From Vitrella brassicaformis CCMP3155 (Eukaryota; Protista; Chromerida), in assembly GCA_001179505.1 (NCBI GenBank), contig CDMY01000450.1:10255-74254 (forward strand): a DNA stretch of 64,000 nt, read 5' to 3'. The position numbers were made by a program, and so were the translations under genes. The notes beneath the pieces were generated by a model. It saw only the letters and a program-made list of their open reading frames with translations, had not been told where the DNA came from and did no database searches. Below, in pieces: positions 1-10,860 of this stretch (position 1 is its first letter; every line of letters starts with the position of its first letter).

Positions 1-1434
1 AGGCACACACATGAGCACACAGTATCTGCCCTACCCCCCATCCATCACATGTGCCTGCTGTGGCTCCCTCCCTCCCTGCCCACCTGATGAAGCTGGAGAA
101 ATGTTCGGCCTTGGTTTTGCAGTTCTGGGGGTTGGCGAACTCCAGGCAGTCGGGCTTCAGGTGACACACAATGCGGCTGCCGCGGGCAGGCGCCTCATCC
201 AGGGGGCACTCACTGACCACACCAACACAACCAGCACACAAACCGGATGGATGGATGCCGTGCCTGGGAGGAGGAAGGACCACGTGTGTGCCGACTGACC
301 GTATGTTGAAGGAGCCCAGGCCGTCCGAGGTCCAGTGCCACGCAGATGCGCCCTTGTCGGCATCAAAGTGACGGGTGAAGACCTCCACCTTGTCCGACAC
401 GATGAATGACGAGTAGAAGCCCACCCCGAACTGACCGATGAGGGCCTGGGCCCGCTCACTCTCGCCCCCACTGGCAGCCTTGTTGGCCTCCTCGATGAAC
501 TTGCGGGAGCCCGACTTGGCGATGGTGCCGAGGTTGTCGATGCAGTCCTCCCTCGTCATGCCCACACCGCTGTCCTGCAGACGCAGACAGATGGGCCGAG
601 AGGATGGGATGGGCTGCTTCGTGTGTGTGGAGTGGAGAGTCTGCCGTCTGACTGACCTCGATGGTGAACGTTTTTGCGGCAGGGTCTGCCGATATGACGA
701 TCCTCAGGGCACCCTCCTCCTCAGGCACCGATGGGGCTGCACACGGTGGTCGGTGCGAGTCGAGTCGTGTTGCCAGCCAGTATCTATCCATTCGTTGGAG
801 CCTTGCAAGCTTACCTTGCCCCGAGACCTGTAGGAATCTGAGTTTCTCCAGCGCATCACTGGCATTCGATATCAACTCACGGATGAACACCTGAGCGATG
901 GATGCCATGCCGACCACACACACACACACACACACACAAACACGCAAACACACTGCCTGTCCAGCTCAGCTCAGCTCGTTGCAGCCCCTCCCTTCCCATC
1001 CGGACTTCTTTGTCGGTGTAGAGAGAGTGTGTGACGATGTGCAGCAGCTTCTGCGTCTCAGCGCGGAACTCCATCGTCTCCCCGCCCTCCCCCTCACCCG
1101 CAGATGTGCTGAGAAACCGACAGGAGTGGCGCAACGCACAGCTGGTGGGGAGGGGGGCACCGGGCGCTGAGCGGTCAATGCCATGGAGTGTGCTTGGCAG
1201 TGCTGCGAAATGCCGTGATGCAGCGATCTGTTGTGCTGCCAGGAAGCCTCGAACGACACTGCCGGAGGCTGAGGGAACACGCACCCTGAAGATACACAGA
1301 CAGACAGACAGACAGGCAAAGCAGCAGATAAAGAGGTGGGATTGATAGATCTGTGCGTGCGTTCTGTTGAGGCATGCAGAGGCCGCTTCTGCCTGCCTCG
1401 GTGGCCTGGCGTACCTGAGAGAGCTGCGGATCAT
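1..1434 (-). CDS. TRAP1: Mitochondrial HSP90-family chaperone TRAP1/HSP75, multi-exon, 3' end runs off the window
   Basis: Spliced translation gives an R/S/A-rich leader, then ETMEFRAETQKLLHIVTHSLYTDKE|VFIRELISNASDALEKLRF, DSGVGMTREDCIDNLGTIAKSGS, LIGQFGVGFYSSFIVSDKVEV and RGSRIVCHLKPDCLEFAN. These are GHKL ATPase motifs with TRAP1-type wording. GT-AG junctions stay in frame (ATG at 1434, first intron about 1414-1287). Confidence 0.92.
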
Positions 1435-1752
1435 TGCCTTGCAATGAGTGCGATCGAATGGCGCCTTCTTGTGAGATCCTTGTGCTTTGCAGCAGGGCCC
1501 TTAGCGCCGCGGGGGGGGAGTGAAAGAAGACGCGTTCTTGGCAAATGGTTCCTTCCTGCGAGCTAAGCTCGCAATCTGGGGAGGCTGGCGATTTGATCCT
1601 TCTGAGGACAGCTGAGGACGGTAGGATATCAGACAGAGCGTGTTCGAGGCGTGTGCGTCGCGCTTTTACCCAGAGGTGGCCGTTCAATGCGCCGACTTGA
1701 TCGTTCTACGCTGAGTTCCACCCAAGGATCCCATGGATGAGACGGAGGCAAG

Positions 1753-4700
1753 ATGAACCACACCGCGGCCTTCCAGAGCAGCCATTACATGCACGGAAAT
1801 GGCTCAAAGATCACGATGCAACCTCTCGCCGCACAAGTGGATGCGTACGTCAAGGGCCTGCCTCGAGAGGAGACCATGTCTTACGAGCGGCTGTGGGTGG
1901 CTGCCGGCTGTCCGATGGCCAACAATCGGCTGGAGGGCCGCGCCGCATTCGAGTTCCTGACCAAGAGCGGCCTCTCGCGTGAAGTGCTGCGGGGCGTGTG
2001 GGAGCTGGCTGACGTGCAGAAGAGGCATGCACTCATGTGGAATGAATTCGTCCTGGCCATGAGGATCATCGCAGCCCACCAGCACGGCACCAAGGTCAGA
2101 CAGAGGGCGACGGACGCAGCCAGCACCTTCTTATATAATGGGATCGATCACTTCGTTTCGGCTGGCTCGCTGTGTGGCTGGGAGTGTGTGTCAGGTGTCA
2201 TCTGTGGAGGAGCTCCTTGCCATGCGCCACCCTCCCGTGCCCTTCTCCTTCATCCCGCGGTTCCAGGGCGTCTCCCTGCCGTCCCCACCACCACTTGTGC
2301 CCGAGCAAGCCCCCTCACGACTCGACGTGCAAGCAGCGCCAGCGGTCATCCGGCCCACGCCTGGCGGTGGCGGTGTGGCGGTGAAGGCTGCTAGTGCGAT
2401 GGATGACTTGCTGTCGTTTGACGAAGGGCCGGCCGTCACTGCGGCGGCTGTTCCCATGCCCTCTGCCCCCGAGGCGGCGACAAGTGGTGAGAGGGTCGAC
2501 AAGAAAGCAGCAGAGGCGGAGATGCCTGTGAGTGACACCAGAGAGACGGCGCAGAAGCGCAAGGAAGACATGGTGGCGGAGCTCATGAGCAAAGCGGTGA
2601 GTGAGTGAGGGACAGAATCAGAGTCAGTCAGGAAACCTACGGCCTAAAGGATTGACGACCACAGCCGTTCTTCGTGAGTGACTGGGGCGCCTTTCTCTCT
2701 GCTCTCAGATGACGTCGTGGCGTGACGAGTACGACAAAAGGCGGACACCACTCTCGCAGCTCGCTGGCTCCAAGGGCGACTTGCTGGGCAGCGGGTCCCC
2801 AAAAGCCACCAGCAACGGCAAGTCGCTGCCGAGCATCCCCCCTCCCGCAGCCAGTGAGGCCAAGACAGCGTCTGACTGGGCCGCATTTGACGAGGGTGAC
2901 GCCCTCTTCACCTCACACGATCCCTTTGGAAAGGCGTCAGCTGAGGCACAGGGCAGAGGGGACAGGTGGGCCAAGATGGCGGCATTTGACGAGCTTCTCG
3001 AGCCAGCACCACAGCCAGCAGTGGCAGCCCCACCTCAGATTGCTGACAGCGGCGGCTGGGCGGCCTTCGATGCAACACCACAACAGCAGGAGGCACCTGG
3101 GGCCCCGCCGGCCGCTGGTGCTGGCGCTGCTACTGACGAATGGGCCGAGTTCGGCGACTTTTCATCTTCTCCATCCGTCCCGCCCCTGGCTGAGAGAGAC
3201 GTTGCCAAGCCCATGCCTCCCCCACCCCCTCCCCCACCCCCTCCACCAGAGGCAAGGCCATCTCGGCCTTCACCTCCCCCGCCACCACCGCTACCAGTAC
3301 CAGCTGCCCCACCCGTCTCTGCCTCTCAAGCCCCCAAAGAGAAGCCCTCGTCTCCCCGGCCATTGAGTGAATTGTCCATATCGGCCGACACCGTCGCCGC
3401 CTCGAGCAATTCTCAGCTGCCCGCATCCGACGACCCCTTCAAGTCTATCGCAATGGAGGAAAGTGGCGGCACCAAGGGCGGCGGGTCCCTCGACAGCGCC
3501 GAGTGGGGCTTCGCTTCGCCTGGTGCGGCAGCTGGGCGGCTGCCCGACTTCTCGGGTGCCGACAGCTGGGCTGCCACAAAGGACAAGAGGGACGAGGAGG
3601 AGATGCTTCCCTTCCCATCGACAGCAGGAGCACTAGCTATCCCGCCTCCAGCAGACCAGTTCTTCGCTGACTTCGACGACGGCCCCAAGACGTCAGAAGG
3701 CGCCCTTCCCCCTTCCAGTGGCATGCTCATGGACGACGTGTGGAAAGATCTGGGCGGATCTGACAAGCGGACCCCGTCGCCTCAGCCCTCCGATGGGGGC
3801 GACAGCGGCAGCCCATCCGGCAGCCCCCCACGATACGACGTCAAACCGAGCGACATCGCGCATTCGTCTGGAGGGACGGACGCCATCTTTCCCGATCCAT
3901 TTGAGGCTCTGGGGAACGGCCACAGGCCAAGCGATGAGGCAGCCGACGCAGTCCGTTTGAGCGCCACTCCCACCCTTGACACAACAGCTCTCAAGATCGA
4001 CCCGGTGCTGCCGCCGACCATCTCTCTCACCGCCCCTGCTGCCGCTGCCGAGTCATGGGATGCCTTCGACGACTTGATCCACCCGCACCCCCCCTCCGCC
4101 CCCCTCTCGCCCCCCCAGGATCAGCACATGGCTCATCCAGCGCGTGAAGGCGACGTGGCCCCCAGCATCAGGGCCGATGACATGCCAGGTCTGGTCAAGT
4201 GGTGGGGTGTGGCAGAGGCGCTGCTACTCAAGGTGCTCAGGACAGGGGGGCTGTCGCAGGAGGGGGGAGAGGAGGGGGAGGGGGCAGGCTGCGTGCCCCT
4301 CGGCGTCATGCGAGAGTTCGACCGCACGGTGCCGATGCTCGAGGCCCACCACAGTGAGTCCCATCGCAGGACAGACAAGCCGCCCCAGCTTCCAGCCCCC
4401 TCTGTCCGCCACAGACACGAGGTCACCGCAGCCATGGCGTCCTACGCCGAGAGAGTCGAACACGCCAGGAGCCGCAGAAGCGTCAGGCGGGCATCGGCAT
4501 CAGCAGGGGGTGACGACGCCACGGCAAGCAGCCCCGACGTGTTGGGTGTCGGCCACAGTTTGGGGCTGGCCTTTCTGCACGAGCAACTGGATAAGCCGCT
4601 GGTCAAGCAGCTGGGGCGAGTGGGTGAGTCGCTGCGCAGTCTGCACCGAGAGTCCGAGAGGAAGAGGGAGGAGAGGGAGAAGGGGAGACAGGACGGCAGG

Positions 4701-6109
4701 AGGCTGCCCAGGGTGAGTGACGCGCAGCAGCTGCTGCACGAGAGACTCGCAGAGCTGGCAAGGCTGTACAAGGCGGCAAGGTCAGTAGGTGACCACACAC
4801 ACACACACACACACAGACGCCTGCACATGCACGCAGTCAGTCACACTGTGTCTGTCTTCTGGGTTAAACAGGGTGTGGGTTGGCGTCATCACCTCTCTCC
4901 AGCTCCTGGATGAGTTCGATGCCCACGAGGGGCCGAGGTCGTCGAGGGAATTTGCAGACCCCTTCGCATCAGCCACACCTGCGCCTACATCCACCACCAC
5001 GGCTGGCCGAGCCTCTGATCCATGCCTTGCCGCACTGCGGACGACCCTCCGAGCAGCCACCGAGCTCAAAAGACTCCTGAGAGACATACAGAACCAGGTA
5101 TGGTGCATAGAGCACATGGACAGACAAGAGCCGATGGCTGCTCTTTGCCTCAATTCAGGTTGCGTGTTCGAGCCAGCTGGCCGTCGACCCCCACCGCAAG
5201 GCCCCTCCTGCCGCCGAGAAGCCCATCGATCTGAGCGATCCATCCGACCAACGAGAGCTCGCCCGCAACGCCGGTTTCCAGAACTTGATCCGTGGCTGCG
5301 CTACGCTTTATCGGCTGCTATGGCGCCTCAACGTCGTGGCTTCGCCATTCCTGTTCCCTCCAGCCACCGACCTGCAGCGACTCGCCCACATAAGGCGACA
5401 CGTCTTCAGGGAGGGGGCGGCTGCGACGGGGAGCGGGCCATCGCCCCTGCATCTCTCGGCTGGTGGGCGGAAGGAGTGGGTGGATGTGTCTGAGCGGGTC
5501 AGCGCGGCGCTGGAAGAGGCGGCCGAGATGTGGAACAGCCTGCTGAGTCAGCTCAAGCCCTTCTTCGACCCCAAACAACAGCCGTGTGGGAGTGATTCGG
5601 GCGTCGCGACCACATCTAAGGAGAGGAGGGAGGGGGCGAGGATGTGTGTGGTGCTGGGAAGGGCCTCGTTCCCTGGGCAGGGCTTCGAGTCGATCGACAG
5701 TCTGTTCCCCAAATGGTCGTCTGGAGCTGTGGTGACGTCAACGTCGGCCACGTCTGATGCCGCATGCCCCTTCTCTGTGACCTTCTGGGAGACATTGTCT
5801 GAGAGCGAAGAGCAGCTCCCCGAACAACCGAGCAGGACCCTCTGTTCGCTGTGTTGCCTGAGGGCAGCCTCCCCCTCGTCGGTGTCGCCTGTTGCCTCAT
5901 CGAGTGGGGGTGTGGGTGTTGGTGATGTGGGCACCAGTCGGCAGGTGACGCTGTCGCATCCCTTTGATGAGGTCAGCCTGGGCGTGGAGCCGCCTGCGTC
6001 GGCCGTGTGGATGGGCCACCTGTTCCACACCGCCTGCATCAACTTCTGGATGTCTCATGTGGACGTGGGAGGCGCTGCAGCCCTGCCAGATGTGCCGCTG
6101 CACCGATAG
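1753..6109 (+). CDS. SYNRG: EH-domain adaptor protein, synergin-gamma-like (5 exons: ~1753-2093, ~2195-2596, 2709-~4780, ~4901-5096, ~5282-6109)
   Basis: N-terminal EH domain (LEGRAAFEFLTKSGLSREVLRGVWELADVQKRHALMWNEFVLAMRII). Long Pro/acidic region with DPF, WxxF-acidic and EFGDF/FADF motifs. C-terminus LYRLLWRL...CSLCC...WMGHLFHTACINFWMSHV...LPDV resembles the synergin-gamma C-terminus (recalled, not searched). Confidence 0.7.
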
Positions 6110-6843
6110 GCAGACAACGGGATCGATCTGCGTCTGTTGGCTGGCTGATATGATGGCTGGGTGGCTGGCTGGCTGGCTGGCTGATCGATGGTTGGTTGAT
6201 AGGGCGCAAGCTTGACGAACGAATGAATGAATGGCCATGCTGGCTGGGAGAGCGGTCATCTTGCAGCCCACCGATGTGATCACTGTGCGTGGGAGCGTGC
6301 GTGTGTGTGGATGCATCGACCTCTGTGTAGTGTGTGACGGATGGATGTGTGCAGCACGCACATTTCGTTTCTTGTGCCTTGCAATCCATGCATGACGTGA
6401 ATTCATGGCAAGTCGCTAAGTCAAGCTGCAGTGTAACATACACATGCACTCGCAAGGATGACCCATCGGCACTCAACACGTCAGCACACCACGGCAACAC
6501 TGTCTTTTTCACCTAACGTCATGGATGTCCGGCGTCTCCCGCAACAGACGCACTTCTCTGTAAGAACCGGCATGAACTATTCTCCCCTCCCTCCCTGACC
6601 AGCTCGTCCCTCGTCATGGTGCTCGGAGCCTCTCTTCATCTACACCCTTTCTACACAACTGCAGCCATGCGCTGGCGGGTGGGCAGCCTGGCTGACTGGC
6701 TCACGGCCTCTTTGACATGGTGTCACCACATGCACATTCTCCCCAGGCACCCCCACTGTAACCATCACAACCGATTCTACCTGCCTAAGCTTCCCATCCC
6801 TCCCCTCCCGTCTCTGCTAAGTCGTCATGGCGCCAGTGGTCGG

Positions 6844-8618
6844 CTAGTTGATGCCGAGTGGCTTGAAGAGGCCGATGTCGTTGACCCACCCCAACTGACC
6901 CCAACCGAACTGACAGTCGTCATTCCCCAGGTGGGTGTTGAAGCCCTTGACCACACCAGTCAGCCCATAGCGGGCCGCCTCGACCAGCCGCGCCCGATGC
7001 ACCACCTCGCGCAGACCCACCCGCCGCACACGAGGCCCCTCTCTGACGGCGAAGCACTGGAGGGGCACCCGCACCACCCGGCCGCCCACATTGGCCATGC
7101 CGCCGATGACCTCCTCATTGCCGGCCGTCTTGGTCGCCGCGCACTTGACGAAGTGCTGCATGGCCCTCTTGATGCGGTGGGCCACCACTGGCTGCCCGAG
7201 GGTGATGGTGTCGACGGCCTCTGGCTCGTGCAGGAAGGCACCGATCTTCCAGGCCACCTGGGCCGTCGCATCCGTGAGGGCAAATGGGGAGGGGGCAGCA
7301 GGGGCATGTGCTGCAGCAGCAGTGGATGTGTCAGTGGGGGTGGTGGGCGGGGCGGGGCGGGCGAGGGGCAGCAGCCACGTCAGCATGTTGGCGGCGTCAC
7401 GCTGTGGGCAAAGGGCGCCGTTGACGCCGTCCATGACGGCCTGGGGCAGCTCGTCGTTGAGGACGGTGAGGTACTCGGCCAACACCACACCGTGGGCCTC
7501 TCGTGACTCCTGGCGAGCATTGGCCGGCAGCTGTTGTGGGGTTTGGACCATGTCGATGGCAGCCCCGATGTCAGCAGTGCGCGGATGGCCCGCTGCATCC
7601 CGCTGACCGTCTCATCACGCTGCTCGGACCGGGCCTGACGCTGCCAGACGGCGACCTTGATGGCAGCGATGCCCAAAGGCGTCTGGTGGGCGCCGAAAGG
7701 CCAGTGAGCTGTAGCTGTGTTGATGTGTGCGGGGCTGAGGTGCTGGCACAGCCACTCGATCACGTGATACGGAGACGTGACTGCTGCTCGCTGAAGGGGC
7801 TGAAACATCGGCTGCTGCTGTGGGGCCGTGAGGCTGGCGCCGTTGTCCATCATTAGCTGGAGGTAGCCGTGGATGAAGGCTCGCGAATATACGCGGCCCA
7901 CACTGGCTGCACGAAGGATAACACTCCAGTCACCATCTGCCGCTGCCTCGGTGGCGAGGCAGGGGTTGAGCTTGACGAGGTGCTTGTAGATGGCCATCAG
8001 GGCCGCCTCATACTGCTCAGTCACGCGCACCCCACCTGGCAGTAAAGCCACCTGCCGCCCTTGCAGAGCCGCTCCGTTGGCCACGAGGGTCTTGAGCGCC
8101 GTCAGGTTGGCCGCACGCACCGCCACTCTGATGGGCTTGGGCTTGAGCCAGTCCGTGGAGATCCGCGCAGCAGGTGCTGGTGACGTGGGTGGCTCATTGA
8201 GCCCGACGCCCTCCTGGATGAGAGCCGACAGGACGCCCGTTTGCGTCTCACGCGATGGCCAGAGCGGCAGCACCAGCCGTCCACCGATCGCGAGCCACAC
8301 CGCGGCGCATTCGAGCGCCGTGGGAGTGCTCCAGTCGTCGATGGCCAGCGTCAGCAGACAGACACGCCGCCGATACGCGGCATCACTCCGCGAGGTGATG
8401 AGGTCAATGCAGACCCGTGGGTCGGCCCCCTTGCGGACGAGCTGTCGGATGCCGTCAGGTGTGATTGTGCGTCGCATGATGCCCTGGACGAGCCGCTTGG
8501 TGGCATTGCTGGTGTTGGGCGGGAACAGTGCCTCCACCTTCTCTATCTTCACCTCCTGCTGCTGCGGCTGCGGGTGTGGCTGCTGTGGTTGCTGTCCGGC
8601 TGATGATGAAGCCGACAT
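6844..8618 (-). pseudogene. Copy 1 of expanded intronless ankyrin-like family; 1-bp frameshift near 7563-7566
   Basis: ORF 7380-8636 (N-part, MSASSSAGQQPQQP...) and ORF 6844-7551 (C-part, ...VRVPLQCFAV...DDCQFGWGQLGWVNDIGLFKPLGIN) together match intact copy 2. The junction has a C4 run where copy 3 has C5. Confidence 0.75.
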
Positions 8619-9026
8619 GATGATCAAATCCTGCACACAGCAGAACCACGCACAACGCTCAGACTTGGTTTAAGGTGTTGTGCTGCGCTGCTGTACCGCA
8701 GAATTGGGCACTGACGAATGGCTCCTCAGATGCCGTCACCCTGAGCCGAGTCAGTCACCCCAGTGAGGTGAGCTGCACACAAGCAGCTCGAGATGTTCGG
8801 CAGCCCTCGGTCGCTTCCTTTGCGGCCCTGCGTACCTGATCGATCTACTGTGAGAGCTCGGTGCTTACTTCTCCTCGGAGCGCCACGAACGGCAACAATG
8901 CTGCCTGCAGGAAAACACAGAGGTAGATGCATACCATGGCCAGATCTGCATCTTAATCTCTTTCCCTACCAGAGATCTACGGTAGTGTAGGTTTCCGCCC
9001 TCCCCTCCCATGTCCGTGTTGCAGGT

Positions 9027-9048
9027 TAGGGTGCTCTGTGAAACCGCT
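9027..9048 (+). promoter_or_regulatory. Candidate shared promoter element TAGGGTGCTCNNTGAAACCGCT (other copies at 58583-58607 + and 24404-24432 -)
   Basis: 20/22 identity between 9027 and 58583; 18/18 identity between 58590-58607 and the reverse complement of 24404-24421. All copies lie 5' of genes. Confidence 0.45.
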
Positions 9049-9255
9049 ACCCTTTCTCTTTTCTTGAGGTCAAGCTCGCAATCGCTGTGCGTACGCGGTT
9101 TCTTCTCCCCTTCCTCCTCTCCTCTCCCGAGCACGAGTGCGTCATCTGTTCCATATCGGTGCGTTTTCTCAGCCGTTTTCCAGCCTGGTGGGCACAGGCC
9201 AGGTCACGCACAGGCCAGGAACCAGACAGAGAGGGGGGGGGGGGGGGGGGGGGGG

Positions 9256-9555
9256 NNNNNNNNNNNNNNNNNNNNNNNNNNNNNNNNNNNNNNNNNNNNN
9301 NNNNNNNNNNNNNNNNNNNNNNNNNNNNNNNNNNNNNNNNNNNNNNNNNNNNNNNNNNNNNNNNNNNNNNNNNNNNNNNNNNNNNNNNNNNNNNNNNNNN
9401 NNNNNNNNNNNNNNNNNNNNNNNNNNNNNNNNNNNNNNNNNNNNNNNNNNNNNNNNNNNNNNNNNNNNNNNNNNNNNNNNNNNNNNNNNNNNNNNNNNNN
9501 NNNNNNNNNNNNNNNNNNNNNNNNNNNNNNNNNNNNNNNNNNNNNNNNNNNNNNN
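9256..9555. other. Assembly gap (300 N) flanked by poly-G tracts
   Basis: N run is preceded by G23 (9233-9255) and followed by G10 (9556-9565). Confidence 1.
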
Positions 9556-9662
9556 GGGGGGGGGGCGGAGGGCAGGAAAGGCGGCGAATGAAGTCGAGTG
9601 AAATCGTGTGCACCGTTGTAGATTTCCTGCCTGCCTGCAGGTGACATTGGATTGTGGTCAGG

Positions 9663-10464
9663 ATGGTGATGAACCACTACGAGCGACTCGGCATCTCGAA
9701 GGATGCCACGAAGGAGCAAATCAGGAAGGCCTACTACAGCAAGAGCAAGAAGGTACGCCGCACCGTGCTGCCAAATGGCCTGTGCAGTGGCCACTCCTTC
9801 CCTCTGGCTGGCTTGGTGTTGCAGACACACCCTGACAAGGGCGGCACGAAAGAGGCCTTTCAGAAGGTGAACGAGGCTCATGAGGTCCTCTCGAATGCCA
9901 AGAAGCGCCGCCAATATGATCTCACACGTACGGAGCACCCAAATGACACTCTTCCACTCTGCCACTCTGTGTGTGTGGGGGGTGTCCTGCATGTGCTGGT
10001 GTCCTCTCAGTCGCTGGTGGCGTTCGGAAGACCACAACGAAGAAAACAACCAAGAGCACATCGTCGCGGTCGAGCGCCAATGGTGCTTCGCGCGCCTCTC
10101 GACCGACCAACAATGAAAGCAACACCCACATGGGCTTCGGGAAGTACTTCGACCGCACATACGCCTGGGTTGAACGGTACGCATGATAACATGAAAACAA
10201 CACCACTGAAGGGACATGGCTCTCCTCTCCGCCTGTGTCAGAAACGCTCCTGGCTACGTCGACTACGTTCTTCGTCAGGGCCGCTCCCGCTACAACATAG
10301 CGGCCTACAACCGATCCTACGAGTACTGCAAAGGCAAGTACGGGGCGGCGGCCGCCCCCCGATACACCTACAGGTACAACTTCGGCTACGGATACGGCTA
10401 TGGCGGCTTCTTCGATGTCATGGGGGATTGGGGCGATGACGGGTACGATTACTTCCCGTGGTAA
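9663..10464 (+). CDS. Small J-domain (DnaJ/Hsp40 type III) protein with Gly/Tyr-rich tail, 4 exons
   Basis: Spliced: MNHYERLGISKDATKEQIRKAYYSKSKK|THPDKGGTKEAFQKVNEAHEVLSNAKKRRQYDLT (HPD intact), then HMGFGKYFDRTYAWVER|NAPGYVDYVLRQ and YNFGYGYGYGGFFDVMGDWGDDGYDYFPW*. Confidence 0.88.
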
Positions 10465-10506
10465 CCGCGTTTTCTGATGAGGTCTGGCATGGGGTCAGTG
10501 GTGGGC

Positions 10507-10860
10507 GAATGAGCGAGTGGGTGGGGATAAGAAATGCGCGCAGAGTTGCGTGCAGATGTCGCATAGAATGCATTTTTGCACTGTCATTCGTAGCCGATTG
10601 GCTGGCTGTCTTGTGGCCTACCCGTCCGTCTGTCCATATGTCTGCGGGTGGATGTGAGTGCATAGTGTATGGCGTGAGATAACACTGTTGTTCTCTATCG
10701 TTTTCTCCGTCGTTTTCCCCTTCCTACACACAGTCAGCCACCGTGAATGAGCGAGTCGAGATAAGAAATGCGCGCAGAGTTGCGTGCAGGTGGGGGAGGA
10801 GTGGGTGGGTGGGTATCTGCATGGCCCGAGTGCAGCCGTATGCAGCCGATTGGCTGGCTG
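10507..10860. repeat. Degenerate direct duplication, period about 235-250 bp, downstream of the DnaJ gene
   Basis: The 30-mer GATAAGAAATGCGCGCAGAGTTGCGTGCAG is at 10526 and 10760; AGCCGATTGGCTGGCTG is at 10592 and 10844; GAATGAGCGAGT is at 10507 and 10745. Confidence 0.9.

Noticed and set aside
9010-9644. ORFs spanning the N run with poly-Gly or poly-Pro
   Set aside because: Artefacts of the assembly gap and poly-G flanks.
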